The notes below the pieces were generated by a model that worked only from the letters and a program-made list of their open reading frames with translations, did not search any database and was not told where the DNA came from. From contig NMRA01000677.1 of the NCBI GenBank assembly GCA_002633005.1, forward strand, positions 146,926 to 210,925: a stretch of 64,000 nt of DNA, written 5' to 3'. Position 1 is the first letter of the stretch. Every line of letters begins with the position of its first letter. Origin of the DNA: Phoronis australis. Its lineage: Eukaryota; Animalia; Phoronida. Shown here piece by piece: positions 37,801-48,800 of this stretch. Made by a program: the position numbers and the translations under genes.

Positions 37801-38894
37801 TTAAGCCGTAAACTCATTCACTTGTTCACGTCAGGATGTGTGCTGGGAACTTAGCTTACTTTCTCTTGTAGCAGTCAGCCGAGCTGTATCACGCCATCTG
37901 CGTGGGCCCTTGAAGGTCATTGAACTGAAGATCCGCTTGACATTAAAATATTCATGAGCACTGGGCTTTAAACACACTAAAGTAACGAGCCATAATTTCT
38001 GCTACTATTACTGTTATCTATCAGGTACGCACAGCTCAAAACTCATCACAGAAAGTAGTAAGAGAAAAATGTCACAAAGGAATCGCCGCCTGCGCTCGCA
38101 CAGGTCAACTCAGACCAATGAGATAGAGAACGGAAGTCTACCTGGAACGCCACAGTCCAACAGGAAAGGATCAACTGAGAGCACATCTGGAGGGACGCCG
38201 TCCGATGTTGAATTTTATGAAGAACAAGCCACGCTATACGAACGCTTGTTGGAAGCAGAGGAGGTAAACAATATTTATCTGCAGATTATCTTCCTCTCCA
38301 TCTCGTAAAATTAAAATTTGGTTTGGGTTTACAATAGCTAGTCTCAATTCTAAACATTTGTGATTTTCAAAAAAAAATAATTTTGACAGAATGTTTCCGT
38401 TATAAGTCTCTCAGAAATTATTTTTTTGGTTTTTTGATATATGACTTGTTCTATTTAAAGCAAGTACTTTTTCTTATGATATAAATATAAATTTGCATTG
38501 TCTTGAGTGTTTGTGACTGTGTAAAGCCAATTTGCCTCCCTGCCAATTAGTCTCCATTTTGTGCCATCTCATATTCACTACTGTCTCAGCAACAAATTGG
38601 TCACCGCATGTGCCCCTGAACTGGTAACCCCTTGGCATGAAATATTAATAAAAATTTCTTGAGAATTAATCGCATAAAGATAATTCAATGCTTTTATGTG
38701 TTTTCATTTAAATTTTATTCTAGGCAAGAGACAGAGCCATCCGTGAAGCCAATGAACTGAAAACAGAGGTGAAAGTAATGAATGAACAAATCTCAACACT
38801 GAAGGGGCACGTGCGTCTCATTCGGCAGCACACAATATCATTTATACTGGACCAGATGGACACACTGCATATACAGAGGGACACAGAAGTGTGA
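14146..38894 (+). CDS. RASGRP: RAS guanyl-releasing protein (RasGRP/CalDAG-GEF family), 16 coding exons, about 743 aa (gene span)
   Basis: Exons 14146-14287, 21290-21395, 25328-25441, 27469-27600, 28966-29119, 29950-30123, 30830-30946, 31360-31457, 31653-31830, 32193-32273, 32835-32936, 33691-33806, 34895-35070, 37049-37180, 38025-38263, 38724-38894 join in phase (2232 nt) with no stop. Motifs: REM ([19 protein letters not shown]), CDC25 ([38 protein letters not shown]), EF-hands, C1. An acceptor at 14121-14122 means further upstream exons may exist. Confidence 0.95.
16047..16711 (-). repeat. Interspersed repeat, copy A (inverted relative to 19035-19850)
   Basis: Long blocks are reverse complements of 19400-19850 and 19035-19095. 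Confidence 0.82.
19035..19850 (+). repeat. Interspersed repeat, copy B, with terminal palindrome and internal tRNA-like Pol III boxes
   Basis: Hairpin ATAGATTATTACATG...CATGTAATAATCTAT (19035-19170); A-box-like GGTGCAGTGGT and B-box GGTTCGAAACC (19739-19749). Confidence 0.82.
21290..21395 (+). CDS. RASGRP: RasGRP exon 2 (REM)
   Basis: ttttcag acceptor; [35 protein letters not shown]; U12-type donor GTATCCTTGG at 21396. Confidence 0.92.
21475..21585 (+). repeat. Short interspersed repeat fragment (three copies in window)
   Basis: taattc.tgaatttgggacg...gagcaaaataattaatttttcac recurs near 31127-31240 (+) and 9105-9198 (-). Confidence 0.7.
21959..22076 (+). repeat. Minisatellite (ATGGCCCCTCCATC) x8 plus a partial unit
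   Basis: Eight perfect 14-bp units read directly. Confidence 0.97.
25328..25441 (+). CDS. RASGRP: RasGRP exon 3 (REM, Cys/His-rich)
   Basis: Preceded by U12 branch motif TTTTCCTTAAT and CAG; [38 protein letters not shown]; donor GTCAGT. Confidence 0.88.
27469..27600 (+). CDS. RASGRP: RasGRP exon 4
   Basis: [43 protein letters not shown]; cag / gtaagt. Confidence 0.93.
28966..29119 (+). CDS. RASGRP: RasGRP exon 5
   Basis: [51 protein letters not shown]; tag / gtacgt. Confidence 0.94.
29950..30123 (+). CDS. RASGRP: RasGRP exon 6 (CDC25)
   Basis: [58 protein letters not shown]; tag / gtaagt. Confidence 0.94.
30830..30946 (+). CDS. RASGRP: RasGRP exon 7 (CDC25)
   Basis: [39 protein letters not shown]; tag / gtatga. 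Confidence 0.95.
31360..31457 (+). CDS. RASGRP: RasGRP exon 8 (CDC25)
   Basis: [33 protein letters not shown]; cag / gtgagt. Confidence 0.94.
31653..31830 (+). CDS. RASGRP: RasGRP exon 9 (CDC25)
   Basis: [31 protein letters not shown]...DQVNTLR; cag / gtgagt. Confidence 0.95.
32193..32273 (+). CDS. RASGRP: RasGRP exon 10
   Basis: [27 protein letters not shown]; cag / gtaagt. Confidence 0.94.
32835..32936 (+). CDS. RASGRP: RasGRP exon 11 (CDC25-EF linker)
   Basis: [34 protein letters not shown]; cag / gtaaga. Confidence 0.93.
33099..33292 (+). repeat. Local tandem duplication, period about 97 bp
   Basis: aggtgatacctttagttcttgtc.acttccagttaccg.atagttaag at 33103 and 33200. Confidence 0.85.
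33691..33806 (+). CDS. RASGRP: RasGRP exon 12 (EF-hand 1)
   Basis: [39 protein letters not shown], with a canonical DxDxDG...E loop; tag / gtaagt. Confidence 0.94.
34779..34805 (+). repeat. (TG)n microsatellite
   Basis: Direct reading; a weaker TG run lies near 20084-20107. Confidence 0.95.
34895..35070 (+). CDS. RASGRP: RasGRP exon 13 (EF-hand 2 and first half of C1)
   Basis: [13 protein letters not shown]...[32 protein letters not shown]; cag / gtgaga. Confidence 0.95.
35129..35330. mobile_element. Small MITE (Harbinger/Tourist-like ends)
   Basis: Imperfect TIRs GGGGCCCATTCCAGGAAACTGAC and GCCAGTTCCCTTGCAATGAGCCCC; a similar structure lies near 51292-51499. Confidence 0.6.
35365..35790 (+). 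repeat. Dispersed repeat family member
   Basis: Core gatttctgagtttaggaagagctga...gttactgcttgaga recurs in degenerate form near 35720, 42750-42840 and 53755-53800 (+) and near 5825-5855, 49700-49830 and 51835-51875 (-). Confidence 0.6.
36483..36805 (+). repeat. Local tandem duplication, period about 166 bp
   Basis: ggtat..gtttttgtcaaca.actgttt.ctaccttcagt...tttttcaaatgtttcttat occurs twice (36483, 36649). Confidence 0.85.
37049..37180 (+). CDS. RASGRP: RasGRP exon 14 (second half of C1)
   Basis: [44 protein letters not shown]; cag / gtgagt. Confidence 0.93.
38025..38263 (+). CDS. RASGRP: RasGRP exon 15 (disordered tail with TQT motif)
   Basis: [33 protein letters not shown]...LLEAEE; phase 1 in, phase 0 out; cag / gtaaac. 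Confidence 0.85.
38724..38894 (+). CDS. RASGRP: RasGRP terminal exon (coiled coil, C-terminal DTEV)
   Basis: [56 protein letters not shown]-stop. Confidence 0.85.
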   Translation, partial: ARDRAIREANELKTEVKVMNEQISTLKGHVRLIRQHTISFILDQMDTLHIQRDTEV

Positions 38895-40812
38895 TTTTGT
38901 GGCAGTGTTGATGTATTTTATGTGTATCTGTGGTCAAAAATTGTAACGGGAACTGTTCATCTAGTTGATCAGCAACGTTCAAGGCAAAGAATTTCTGCGA
39001 CTGAAGAATCAATGTGGTCTGACCACTGAACAGAAATACCTGCATGGAATTTTGATTAAAGACCCATACAATGCCAAATGGGTCATACTGAAAGCAAACA
39101 ACAAGAAATCAAGTTTGAGGTAACGAACAATGTAGTATAAGCAATCAGTGTACTCCTCTCGGTCCGTAGTGTATCTTGTGTAAAATTATAAGCACAAATG
39201 TAAACCTTAAAAAGGTTCCACCCAAACCGCCACCAAAGCAAATTTTTTTAAGATGACACTGTATATGGCTTTGAGAAGTTTAAGGCAGTTATGTCTTATT
39301 TAATGAACATGTAAATTAACATTGTTTACACGCTACTCTGGATGTTCTGAGCTCAGTAGTACCAGCTGCATAAATTATGTTGATTAGTACAAGAATGAAT
39401 ATTAGTGTAACTCAACATCTAAATTTAAAAGTTTACGCATTTATTGTAATTTTCCGAGTCAGTGAATTTTGTAACATGTGAAGTGAAATTTGTGTTTTCA
39501 TCATTTCTGCTCCGGATTATGATTTTGAGACATGGTTCACATGTAGTTACTGGATATGGTGTTGTAGAATTAACATATAATTTACATATTCATCTCGTAA
39601 TAAGAGACAGCTGCTTTAAAACCAAAATACTCGTGCCAATTGTTGCAGCTGTGAACAACGTTACTGAAATACAGTGTCACGTAGAGAACTACAGTCTCAA
39701 GGTTGATCATGGTTATGACACTCCGAATGCAGTGAAGGAAATTCACTTCATTGAAGTTTGAGAGTTCAGACGTATGAAAGACGTTGATGATAGTGGATAG
39801 TTAGATATTTGACAAACCAGTTTCAACAAAATTGGTACTATTTTTATATTATTTTTGTGATTGAACTTCAAACGACAATATATCAACCACTACCTGGCAT
39901 TTCTCAACCAGGAACTATGAATGTCGGTTAGGATTACAATAGGCACTTTTATGAAAGGCTTCTTTTGTTAGGGGATTAGGGAAAAGAGATGGGTGATAGT
40001 GATAACCGCTCCATTTCTCCTTCCCTGTTTGTGGCAACATTGTTTCTCAACTAATTTAGACACCGGGGACTAAATCCATCATTGAAAATTGCAAGTTGGT
40101 TAACTACAACAGAACATTTTGGGCTTGGAGAGGGTAGCAAGTCCACATTGTGGCTTAGAATTTTGCGGAGGAATGTAAATCTTGGGTGTCATTCACACAC
40201 AATAGGTCTTTTGGAATTGACATTATTACAAGGTCTGTGAAAGCGGGTCTTTGTCAGCCCCGCTTTTAGTCATACAACTCCCAGTTGGACTATGTAACTA
40301 AACATAGCTTAACAAAGGGTTTATAGTCCTTGTAGTTAATTGTTTTATTACCCCTTTGGATTCTGAATAGTGGAGCCCAGAACTGCAACTGTTGTTCCTG
40401 CATTGAAATCTCCCTACCTCTATTGTATAACCTTCCTGAACAAAACAATGGGACGACTTGACTCTTGTACACCAGTGCTTATCAGGGTAATCTTAACACC
40501 CCCCTTCCCCCAAAGAATGCTGTGAACTTGGAATGGAGGAGTGCCGTGACATAGACAATTTTCTACTGGTAGTGATCAAGCCATGGTCCAATTTGGTGTC
40601 ACTTAGAAAATAGAAAGTATGTTGGTAGTTACTTGCAGTTTGGAAATAGCATATACTGTAAATGTCCTCTTTGATGTTCGTAAGTTAGTGAGGGTGTTAT
40701 TTATTTCTTGTTTATTATTTATTTATTTATTTTATTTATTTCATTAATTTATTGTAACGTTTGCATTCCGTTTTATCTGTAAGTTATTAGTCTCCGTGTT
40801 GTAAACATAATC

Positions 40813-42063
40813 GGCCAATTTCATAAAGGTGGTTTATAGTGAAACCTGGTTTAAATTGGACTTAGACCAGGTTTAAAAGTAATCATATTCTGCATTTCAT
40901 AAAGGTGGTTTAACTTTTAGACCAGTGGTCTAGTAAAACCTGGTTTAACTCCAGTTTAGACCTGGTCTAAGCCAGTTTTCATTTCACCAACAAAGTCAAT
41001 ATTCCTTTGACCTGTATTAAGATCTTAAACCTGGTTAAACTTCAGGCCTGGTCAGACCCAGGTTTAACACTGTTAAAGATGGCAGACTTGCCTGATAACT
41101 GTTTGCTCAACTACGCATCTGAAAGACGCTGCAGTGTGCATCACCAATGCAATTTTAGAGCAAGAATGAACTATTTTCAATTTTCAGTTGTTACGTATTG
41201 CATGGTGTCCTTCGGATTCCCCAGAATACGACTGATGGAGCAGGCCGTCATCGTCATAAACGTTGGGAGCGGGGCTGTGACGGAATCATCTCGGATTCTT
41301 CTGACTGACTTCCACCTCATTTGGTCCCAGTAGCAGAGTTATGAGGGACGAGGCAGGGGTCCTGTCCCCCATTGGTTGCCGAAAAACAAAAAATTGTAAA
41401 AATAACACGCAAATAAATTTATTATGTTGCTGCTAGTGATGGTTGTGTACTTCAGTGTATGCTCGTGTGTTGGACACAGATATCGCAAAGTGAAAAATGT
41501 TGGTCCCTTCATGTTATCCTAGATCCACCTCTGGGTCCCTTGCCATTTTTCTTTTACTTTTTTCACCGACGAAACTGCCTTTCTGGCCTTCATGCATTTC
41601 TCCGATTGCGAGCACTGTGCAGCCCATCTGAACCAAAATCTCTGCAAGTCAGCTGCTTAAGGTTACTTGATTTGGTGTCAATTTTCTTGTTCTATTTATA
41701 TAACATTGACTTTTTATGCAATCAGTTTTGTGAGGAAACTTTTTTCTCAAGAGAAAAAATTTGGACGTTTTGCGACTTATTTTATTGGTAACAGACTCCT
41801 GAAAATCTCTACACTGATTCCACAACTGTATGCCATTTATCACCCACATAATCAAGATTCCATGTAGCACTTCAATAGTTTCTTTAAATGTATATTTTAA
41901 ACCTGGTTTTATTAAACCCACTCCCTGGTCTAAGGAAACCAGGCTTTCAGACTTTTAAACCACATTGGTGAAATGCAAATTAGATCTAAAATTAGACCAT
42001 GTTTTGGGAGCCCAGGTTTAAGTGTTAAACCTGGTTTTGTTAAACCACCTTTGTGAAATCGGC
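40813..42063. mobile_element. Decayed non-autonomous PIF/Harbinger-like DNA transposon between the RasGRP and POLH 3' ends
   Basis: TIRs GCCAATTTCATAAAGGTGGTTTA and TAAACCACCTTTGTGAAATCGGC; many subterminal AAACCTGGTTTA/AGACCAGG repeats; minus-strand remnant with RPNF and EKVKEKWQ resembling a Myb/SANT-like accessory ORF. Confidence 0.75.
41328..41533. mobile_element. MITE nested inside the Harbinger-like element
   Basis: CAG...CTG ends (CAGTAGCAGA / AGATCCACCTCTG); 5-bp duplication GGTCC at 41323-41327 and 41534-41538. Confidence 0.6.
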
Positions 42064-44697
42064 TGAATGTGTCAAGTGAAAACAGCTGGTTGTCGCTGTA
42101 TGATCGACAGTATTACTGTGTGAATTTGCTGGAGCATTCCATGCCAAGGGTTTTTAATTTTTGAAAAACATTCTGTTTCTGTATGGAGGAAATGTTTTGT
42201 AAGTTATCTCCAGTTGTTGGGATTCATACTAACCTGATCTGATGTGTTTTCTGCATGTCTTGGGTGCTTTTTGCGTGACTTTTAGTCTTTGAAGACACTG
42301 GTTGTGAAGACATAATGTTTAGCTTTAAGGAAAGTAAGAGAGATAAGAGAGATGAGGTAACATAGTCTAGAGACTTTTTTCATTGCGGTCCTCTATAGCA
42401 AAGCGATAATGATTGTGGTTTTCACTATCTTTAAAGCGACTACATACCGGCCTTACATCGTGAAAACCAACTTTTAATTCACCGTTTTTCTTCATTTATT
42501 TAGCACACAATATGGCCGACAAGTGAAATTCTATTTTATCAAGCTTCTCCTTCAAAATAAAGATAAAGATAAAATGAAGAAAGATTGGTCTATTGATGAC
42601 TTGGTTTATACTGTTTAGATGTCATTAAACAGCATTTGGTAAAGTTTACCTTATTTGTAGCCAGGTAACTGGCCTTTGAAGAAAGAAAAAAATGACAATT
42701 ATTTTTGTGCAAAATAATTAGTGGGGAATCGCCGCACACTACTTGCTATTATGAAATTGGTCTCAAAATTTTCCTTATACAAACAGGTGATTTCAGGGCT
42801 CCAAATGAACTGAATGTTTGTTAGTTCTTGAGATATGAGGCTCGATAGTTGGTTTGTCGCAACATGTCGTTTTATGCACGGAACATGGTCTCAAAAAATA
42901 ACAAACTGTCAGCTGTGCCCTAAATTAAACTGTACACTTCTCAAATGGAACTTGCAGATTTATAGCCACAATTTGATCATGGCAGACTTATAATAAAAAA
43001 TTGTTACCAGGAATTAGTATTCAAACTTTAAATTGTTTGCATTTTTTTACTTTTATGAGAAGGGTGCTCAAAATCAGAAATGAAAACATTTAGCTTCGTT
43101 TACTGGACTAGATTGACAAGTGGTTGAGGATTTCTGGGTATTTATTGCGTATAATCTTAAAAGGTTGTAATGTAACTATTGTATATTTGTGTGACCAGAA
43201 ACTGTTGAGCAGTTGGCAAAGTGTGCTTATTACACCTTGTGTAGTTTCATGGCAGAAGAACTGTAAAATATTGTGATTTATTTCAGAGATCATTTGCTAA
43301 GTTTTCAAGAAATTGTTAGATTTGGGGATGGTTCCATAATCAAAGTTGAAAATTGCTGTCAAGTGCATACCATTTTCTCTTCTGGCAAAAAGATTTATCT
43401 GTCTATTGTTTATTTGACAAATTAAACTATGTTATGAATAACAAACAATGTAAAGGCTCATTTCTACACAAGTTTCTAACGAAATGTAATCCACTTATGT
43501 TGAGAAAATTGACAAGGAATGAAAAAATCAAGGTATGATGCTCAAGACAGAAAAGTTTTGCCCTTTGTGTAAATTTGGTACTAGAAACTGCGTAGCATTC
43601 CAAAGACCAAGTTTCTTGCAAGAAAGCAAAACCATGCAAAATCACACTTACTAGTGAATTCTATACTTATTTCTAGTGATTTGTGTATATTATTTTTCGT
43701 TCCCAGTTTGGTAATAATTATATTTTTCAATCTTGTAGTGCATTTCCAATTCGTTTTTGAAAAAAAGTTGAAGATTTCACTAAAAACTTCACTTTTGCCA
43801 AAATTACTGTTTGGGTAATCAGCAAGAGATCAATGTTTCTCATGTTAAGACATAGTTATTCATTTTGTTCCAAAAGATGCTTACAATGACAAAGCCATAA
43901 AGGATGTCCATATTAAATTCATCTTCTAACAGTGATGGGTTGGATAAAAACTGGCAAGCTTGACAAGGTAAAATGAAGCATTACAGAAAACTCTTTCACA
44001 TTGCATGAAGACTATACATCCAGAGAGAATACAAAAGGAACTCGTATAATTATTTTTCCGAGTGTGGTTTATTTAAATCATTAGGAGTTACTGCCTGTCA
44101 TGTGGAGCACGTGTCAGAAGGCAGATTTTATTTTAACAAGAATCGCAGTGCTGGGAATCAATCAACCTCTTTTTTTCACATGTTCCATAAAGGTAAATAG
44201 CATCCACCAACGTACTTTCATCTCGACAATTAGACAGTCGTAATTATAATTATTATAAATCGGAATAATAAATTATCACACATGCACCAACAAAAATTGA
44301 ACAAAAAGTCAATAAAACGATTCTCAATCATCAACAATTTTTATGATATCCCTGAAAATGATGTTGCACAAATCATGCAGACCTATTTCAACAACACATT
44401 TATCATTAGTGAACACGCCAATCTCACAAAAATTCGCAGTTTTTAAAAGTAGGACAGTTATAATTTTGGCTTAAAAAGGAGTATGCAAAAAAATTCAATA
44501 TTTTGCAGCAATTTTTCTTCTTTTACGCTATCTCTTTCTGGCTGTAGCATTGCAACAAAGGTAGTGTTAAAATGTTTGTCAATCATGTTGACGTTTTCTT
44601 TGTTATCTCCTTTTCTACACTAAAGAATTGTGTTTCAAAATTTTATCAGTGACACATATTATGCAAATTTTAATATGGGTCACATAGTACATCTCTA

Positions 44698-45865
44698 TCA
44701 GCTCTTCTTTAAGAACCTGTCGATGGTTGCCACCGGGGATGTCAACTTTGACCTTTTACCTCTCCCCTTGCCTGGCCTGTCCTCCGATTTTCGCTTCGCC
44801 TGCATTCCATTCGGCCTTTGTGCGTTCTGTTCGCTGGTCAAGAACTGGTCCTGCAACTCCAATGCCAGATGATAGTCCAGATGCTCTGGTAAAGACCAGG
44901 GCGACACCAATTTGGAACACTTCTCACAAGTCACTAAGTCCTCTTGTTCACACCCGAGATCGTTACCATGCTGACGTACAACCAGCTCTTCTATGTCACT
45001 TTTGACTATACCGTCTTGGTGTATCGGTAAACTGTGATCAGAATATGAACTACAACCTTTGTCTAAATTTCCAAAACTGCCATCAGTACCAATGGAGTGA
45101 CTACCGGAAGATGTGACCACTTGAGTACCACTAGTGCTATTTCTCTCGGATTGGTTTCCCAAAAGCTTATCTTCATGCACTTCATTCTGAGTTACACATG
45201 CTTCAACCACTGAAGATTTAACAGACATAACACCAGTTCCATCAGTGGCGTGCAGGTCTTTATGATTGATCAAATTACCACTCTTCAACTCACCAGATTG
45301 CCTGGTGACAGAATCCCTTCTCTTTAAGAAACGTTGAATGCCTACATCAGCACTTTGAACTTTCTTATTTGGGCTGGAGCGACTGCTACCTGATGCTTTA
45401 GTCCCTGTGGTAACTAACGACAATGGTATTTTGACGTCAAGCTCCTTTCCCACTATAGAGACAGCAGCTTGCTTATCACGATTCGCAAAGAACCCAGTTC
45501 CGGTAGCTTTAGAATCAACATCCCCATGACTAACCTTTCGCTGGACTCGCGGCTCAATTGTCACATCTTCCCAAGCACTACCACCAGGAACATTAGCTTC
45601 AGTGTCCTGATTTCTAATTGGTTCAAATGAGCTACTACCGTCAGAGGTAGTGGGCTTGAAAAACGTGTCAATACTCCTTCGAGATTTTGCCAGCTTGGAT
45701 CGCGACAGCTGAGTTTGAGACTCAAATTGATCGAATAAGTCGGTTACAGTTTCGTCCGAGTTTTTGGCGGAAGCAGTGAAGTACTTATTGATACTTGAGT
45801 TCTGAGAGGCAACGTCATCGACAAACTTCCCGCAAGACAAGCTCAGGTTTATCACTCCAGGAGTC
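44698..45865 (-). CDS. POLH: POLH terminal exon (disordered tail, UBZ, NLS, PIP-like motif)
   Basis: TPGVINLSLSCGKF...CEKCSKLVSPWSLPEHLDYHLA (UBZ)...KRKSEDRPGKGRGKRSK...ATIDRFLKKS-stop. Confidence 0.95.
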
Positions 45866-48800
45866 CTAGAAACGAAACAAGAAAAGAAATGAGCACAGTT
45901 CGGAATTACATAATTATGACCATAGCATCCTTCACAACATATTGTTTATGAATATAGAAGGTTACTAATAAAGTTATTTTCTCACAAAACTTGAGCACTT
46001 TTCCCAGTCAACCAAAAATTCAAGGCCAGAAGTTAAATTGAAGCACATATTAAAATTTTGGGGAACCATGCAGTAGTAAAATAATTGTTGCATGAATATC
46101 GTCAATTTCATCACTTCGTGGAACAGCAACTACAAGCTCTCATTATTTCGTTCGCTTACGTTTTCAGTCCCTGGTAGTGAATCCCACAAAATTACTGATA
46201 CTGCAGAAAGACATGGAGTACTTCAAAATGTGAAACCAGCTTCACAAGGTTAACAGTCTATCAAACCCTCCCAACAGAAAAACCTACCACTCCTTTAGAC
46301 CTGGTGCTGCCCTGTTGAACTGCTGTAACACAGCGAATGAGTCATCGGCCAGCTTCTTAGCATCATACTGTGTTAAGCTCACAGCTCGTGAAGCCGAACA
46401 TCGCGTTTTGTTGGCATCAAACCAATGAAGTCCCACATTCATGCTTTTGGCCGTGCGTTTGTTCTGAAGTTGAAAGAATAACATTGAAAAAATGCGTAAA
46501 GACAAAATTTTCATGCAACATGCCTCAGAAGCAATTTAAATGGCAGCAATGGAAAAACGAAATACAAGTGCCAAGTAGTACGAAACAATTCCAATGGGCA
46601 CTCAACTAAGTTTCCCTAAATCTTCTGCATATTTGTATCGTTCTGTAATCGTTTTCCTACCATTTTGTCTTTATTATGAGCTCCCTTTGACTAATGACAT
46701 TTTGTAATATTATATCTAAAAACTGAGGTCTTACTTCAATGAAAATAAATACAGACTTTAGGGTAATTGCAGGAAAAGATCCCTACTTATTTTCAACAAT
46801 GAGAATTCACTATAGAGTTCCCACTTAGTGTGTATCAAAGCGAAAAATGACTTAGCAACGGAAAAAAAAACAGCAAAAGAAAGGACAACCGGTATTTTCA
46901 CAAGTCCACAAATGCAAGGAAAAGTTAAGGAACACAGTCGAGTCCCTATTTGGGACTGTTTCATGCAACTGGGTAAGGGTGTCTGTACATGCAGCATAGA
47001 TGGTTTTGTGTCCAGGAAGCAAATCCACTATTAACATGTAAGAAAGCTTATATCCAATCGAAAGGGTTGATTTTTGTAATCAATCAGAATATCACCACGT
47101 ACAGGCTCCATGGTGCTCACAGGTGACAGCACCAGCCACCCGTTCAATGTGGTCATTATTTGTAGAAAATTGTCCATTTCTAAAAACTTGATATGCAACT
47201 TTTTGAATTGAAAGAACACGAAAATAACCGCCACTTGACCCAATTTCAAATTCTGGTGTGCGAGACAGGCAGAGTCGACAGGGACAATATGTAATTTTTT
47301 CATTCACAAACATTTTCACATAGTGGAAAATATTGGCGCATAGCAGTTGGAATTTGACAGCATGATGGTGGCAAAGAATTGTTAAAAAAACGCTGGGAAA
47401 TCCCACTGCATTAAAAAAACAGTAACAATGAACACCACTGTCCACCAACAACTACATAACCATCCAGCAAAAAGGCATGCCTCATTATGTCACTGGTATA
47501 TCAGAAAATGACTATAACTGACATGTAAAACTTTAACTCCAGTAAAAACGTATTAACTGGATTTGCGAAAAAAATTGCGAGTAAAATTCAAGAATTTCAA
47601 ATAGCGGAAATAGTAATAGAATTGCAGTTGGAGTTTTCTTCTAATTTTATGCACAATTTTTGTTCTACCAGCAACGTTTAGCATTACCAAAAATTTGTTG
47701 TTAACATTAAACAAACAGGTTGTGTAACTTATGCAATTCGGAATGTGAGGAGAACAAATAGCACAATGTGTTAGTTTGCAGCATTAACCAAGACTTTCAG
47801 GTTCTGTGCTAAGTGACCACTTTTATCATTCTCCCACGACGTCTAAATTTGAATCTCTCATGAGAACTCCGGATACCTCGTTTCTAAAATTCGTCCACGA
47901 TGCTCTCAAGCGTCACAATTTACTATCCGGTTTGTAACACACCTAACAATGTACTATCTTGTATATGTTATACTTTGGGCCTATGGCCACACATATACAT
48001 ATACAAATACAAACATATCATTAAAGAATATGTTGTATTATATTCAAAATGATATCAGGAAAAACTAAAACTACAAACCAAACACATGGGAAAGACCTCA
48101 ATGTGAAATAGCTCTCTATTACAGTCTTATGGACAACACATACAAACATATTTTTGGGTCAATGTGATATTCGCCAACTGCAGTCCAGCATTTTATGAAT
48201 AACTTATTCATAAGCAACAACATTGGGTTTAACACCAGACCAGACCATAGCACAAGTCCATACCCTTGTGTTGTGGGTGGACAATGTGTACTTACATCAT
48301 TTCTGTCTCTGATCAACCTCTCTTCAAGCTCTTTAGAAAGTTGACTTAACCAGTGGTAGACCTGTTGGGTTACAAATAGTGACAATATATATGGTACATA
48401 CACTGATGAACCAGGAGAACCGAATTCTACTACAAGTGAATGAAACTTATTAGTCAGAGCACTCAAAATCATCATACGATAAAGCAGATAACTGAACAGC
48501 CACCAAAATAATTTTCTTGAAATGAGAAAACAAGTGAATCGACGTATTACAAAAAATTGTACTCCCAACAGGTGATTCTTGGTGTAATCAAAATGTCCTC
48601 AAAGCAATGACGACATTGATAGCAGTTTTGTCTTGGCACTGATGAATAGCAACTTTTTTATAGACCTGTTAGCTCTACGGTATGCATTTGAAAATGGAAT
48701 TTAAGGCTTGTAGTACATGAACTGTACAGTAATTGTCCACTTCTTTTGCAAAATAGATTGTTTTTATGACATCTGCACAGTACAAACAATGATAACAATA

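Noticed and set aside
14288-38723. Intronic snoRNA or miRNA genes
   Set aside because: Isolated box C/D-like words occur, but I found none with terminal stems and a plausible guide; an Infernal/Rfam scan would be needed
44727-45005. Plus-strand ORFs overlapping the POLH last exon, and other ORF-track entries antisense to exons
   Set aside because: Antisense shadows of real coding exons
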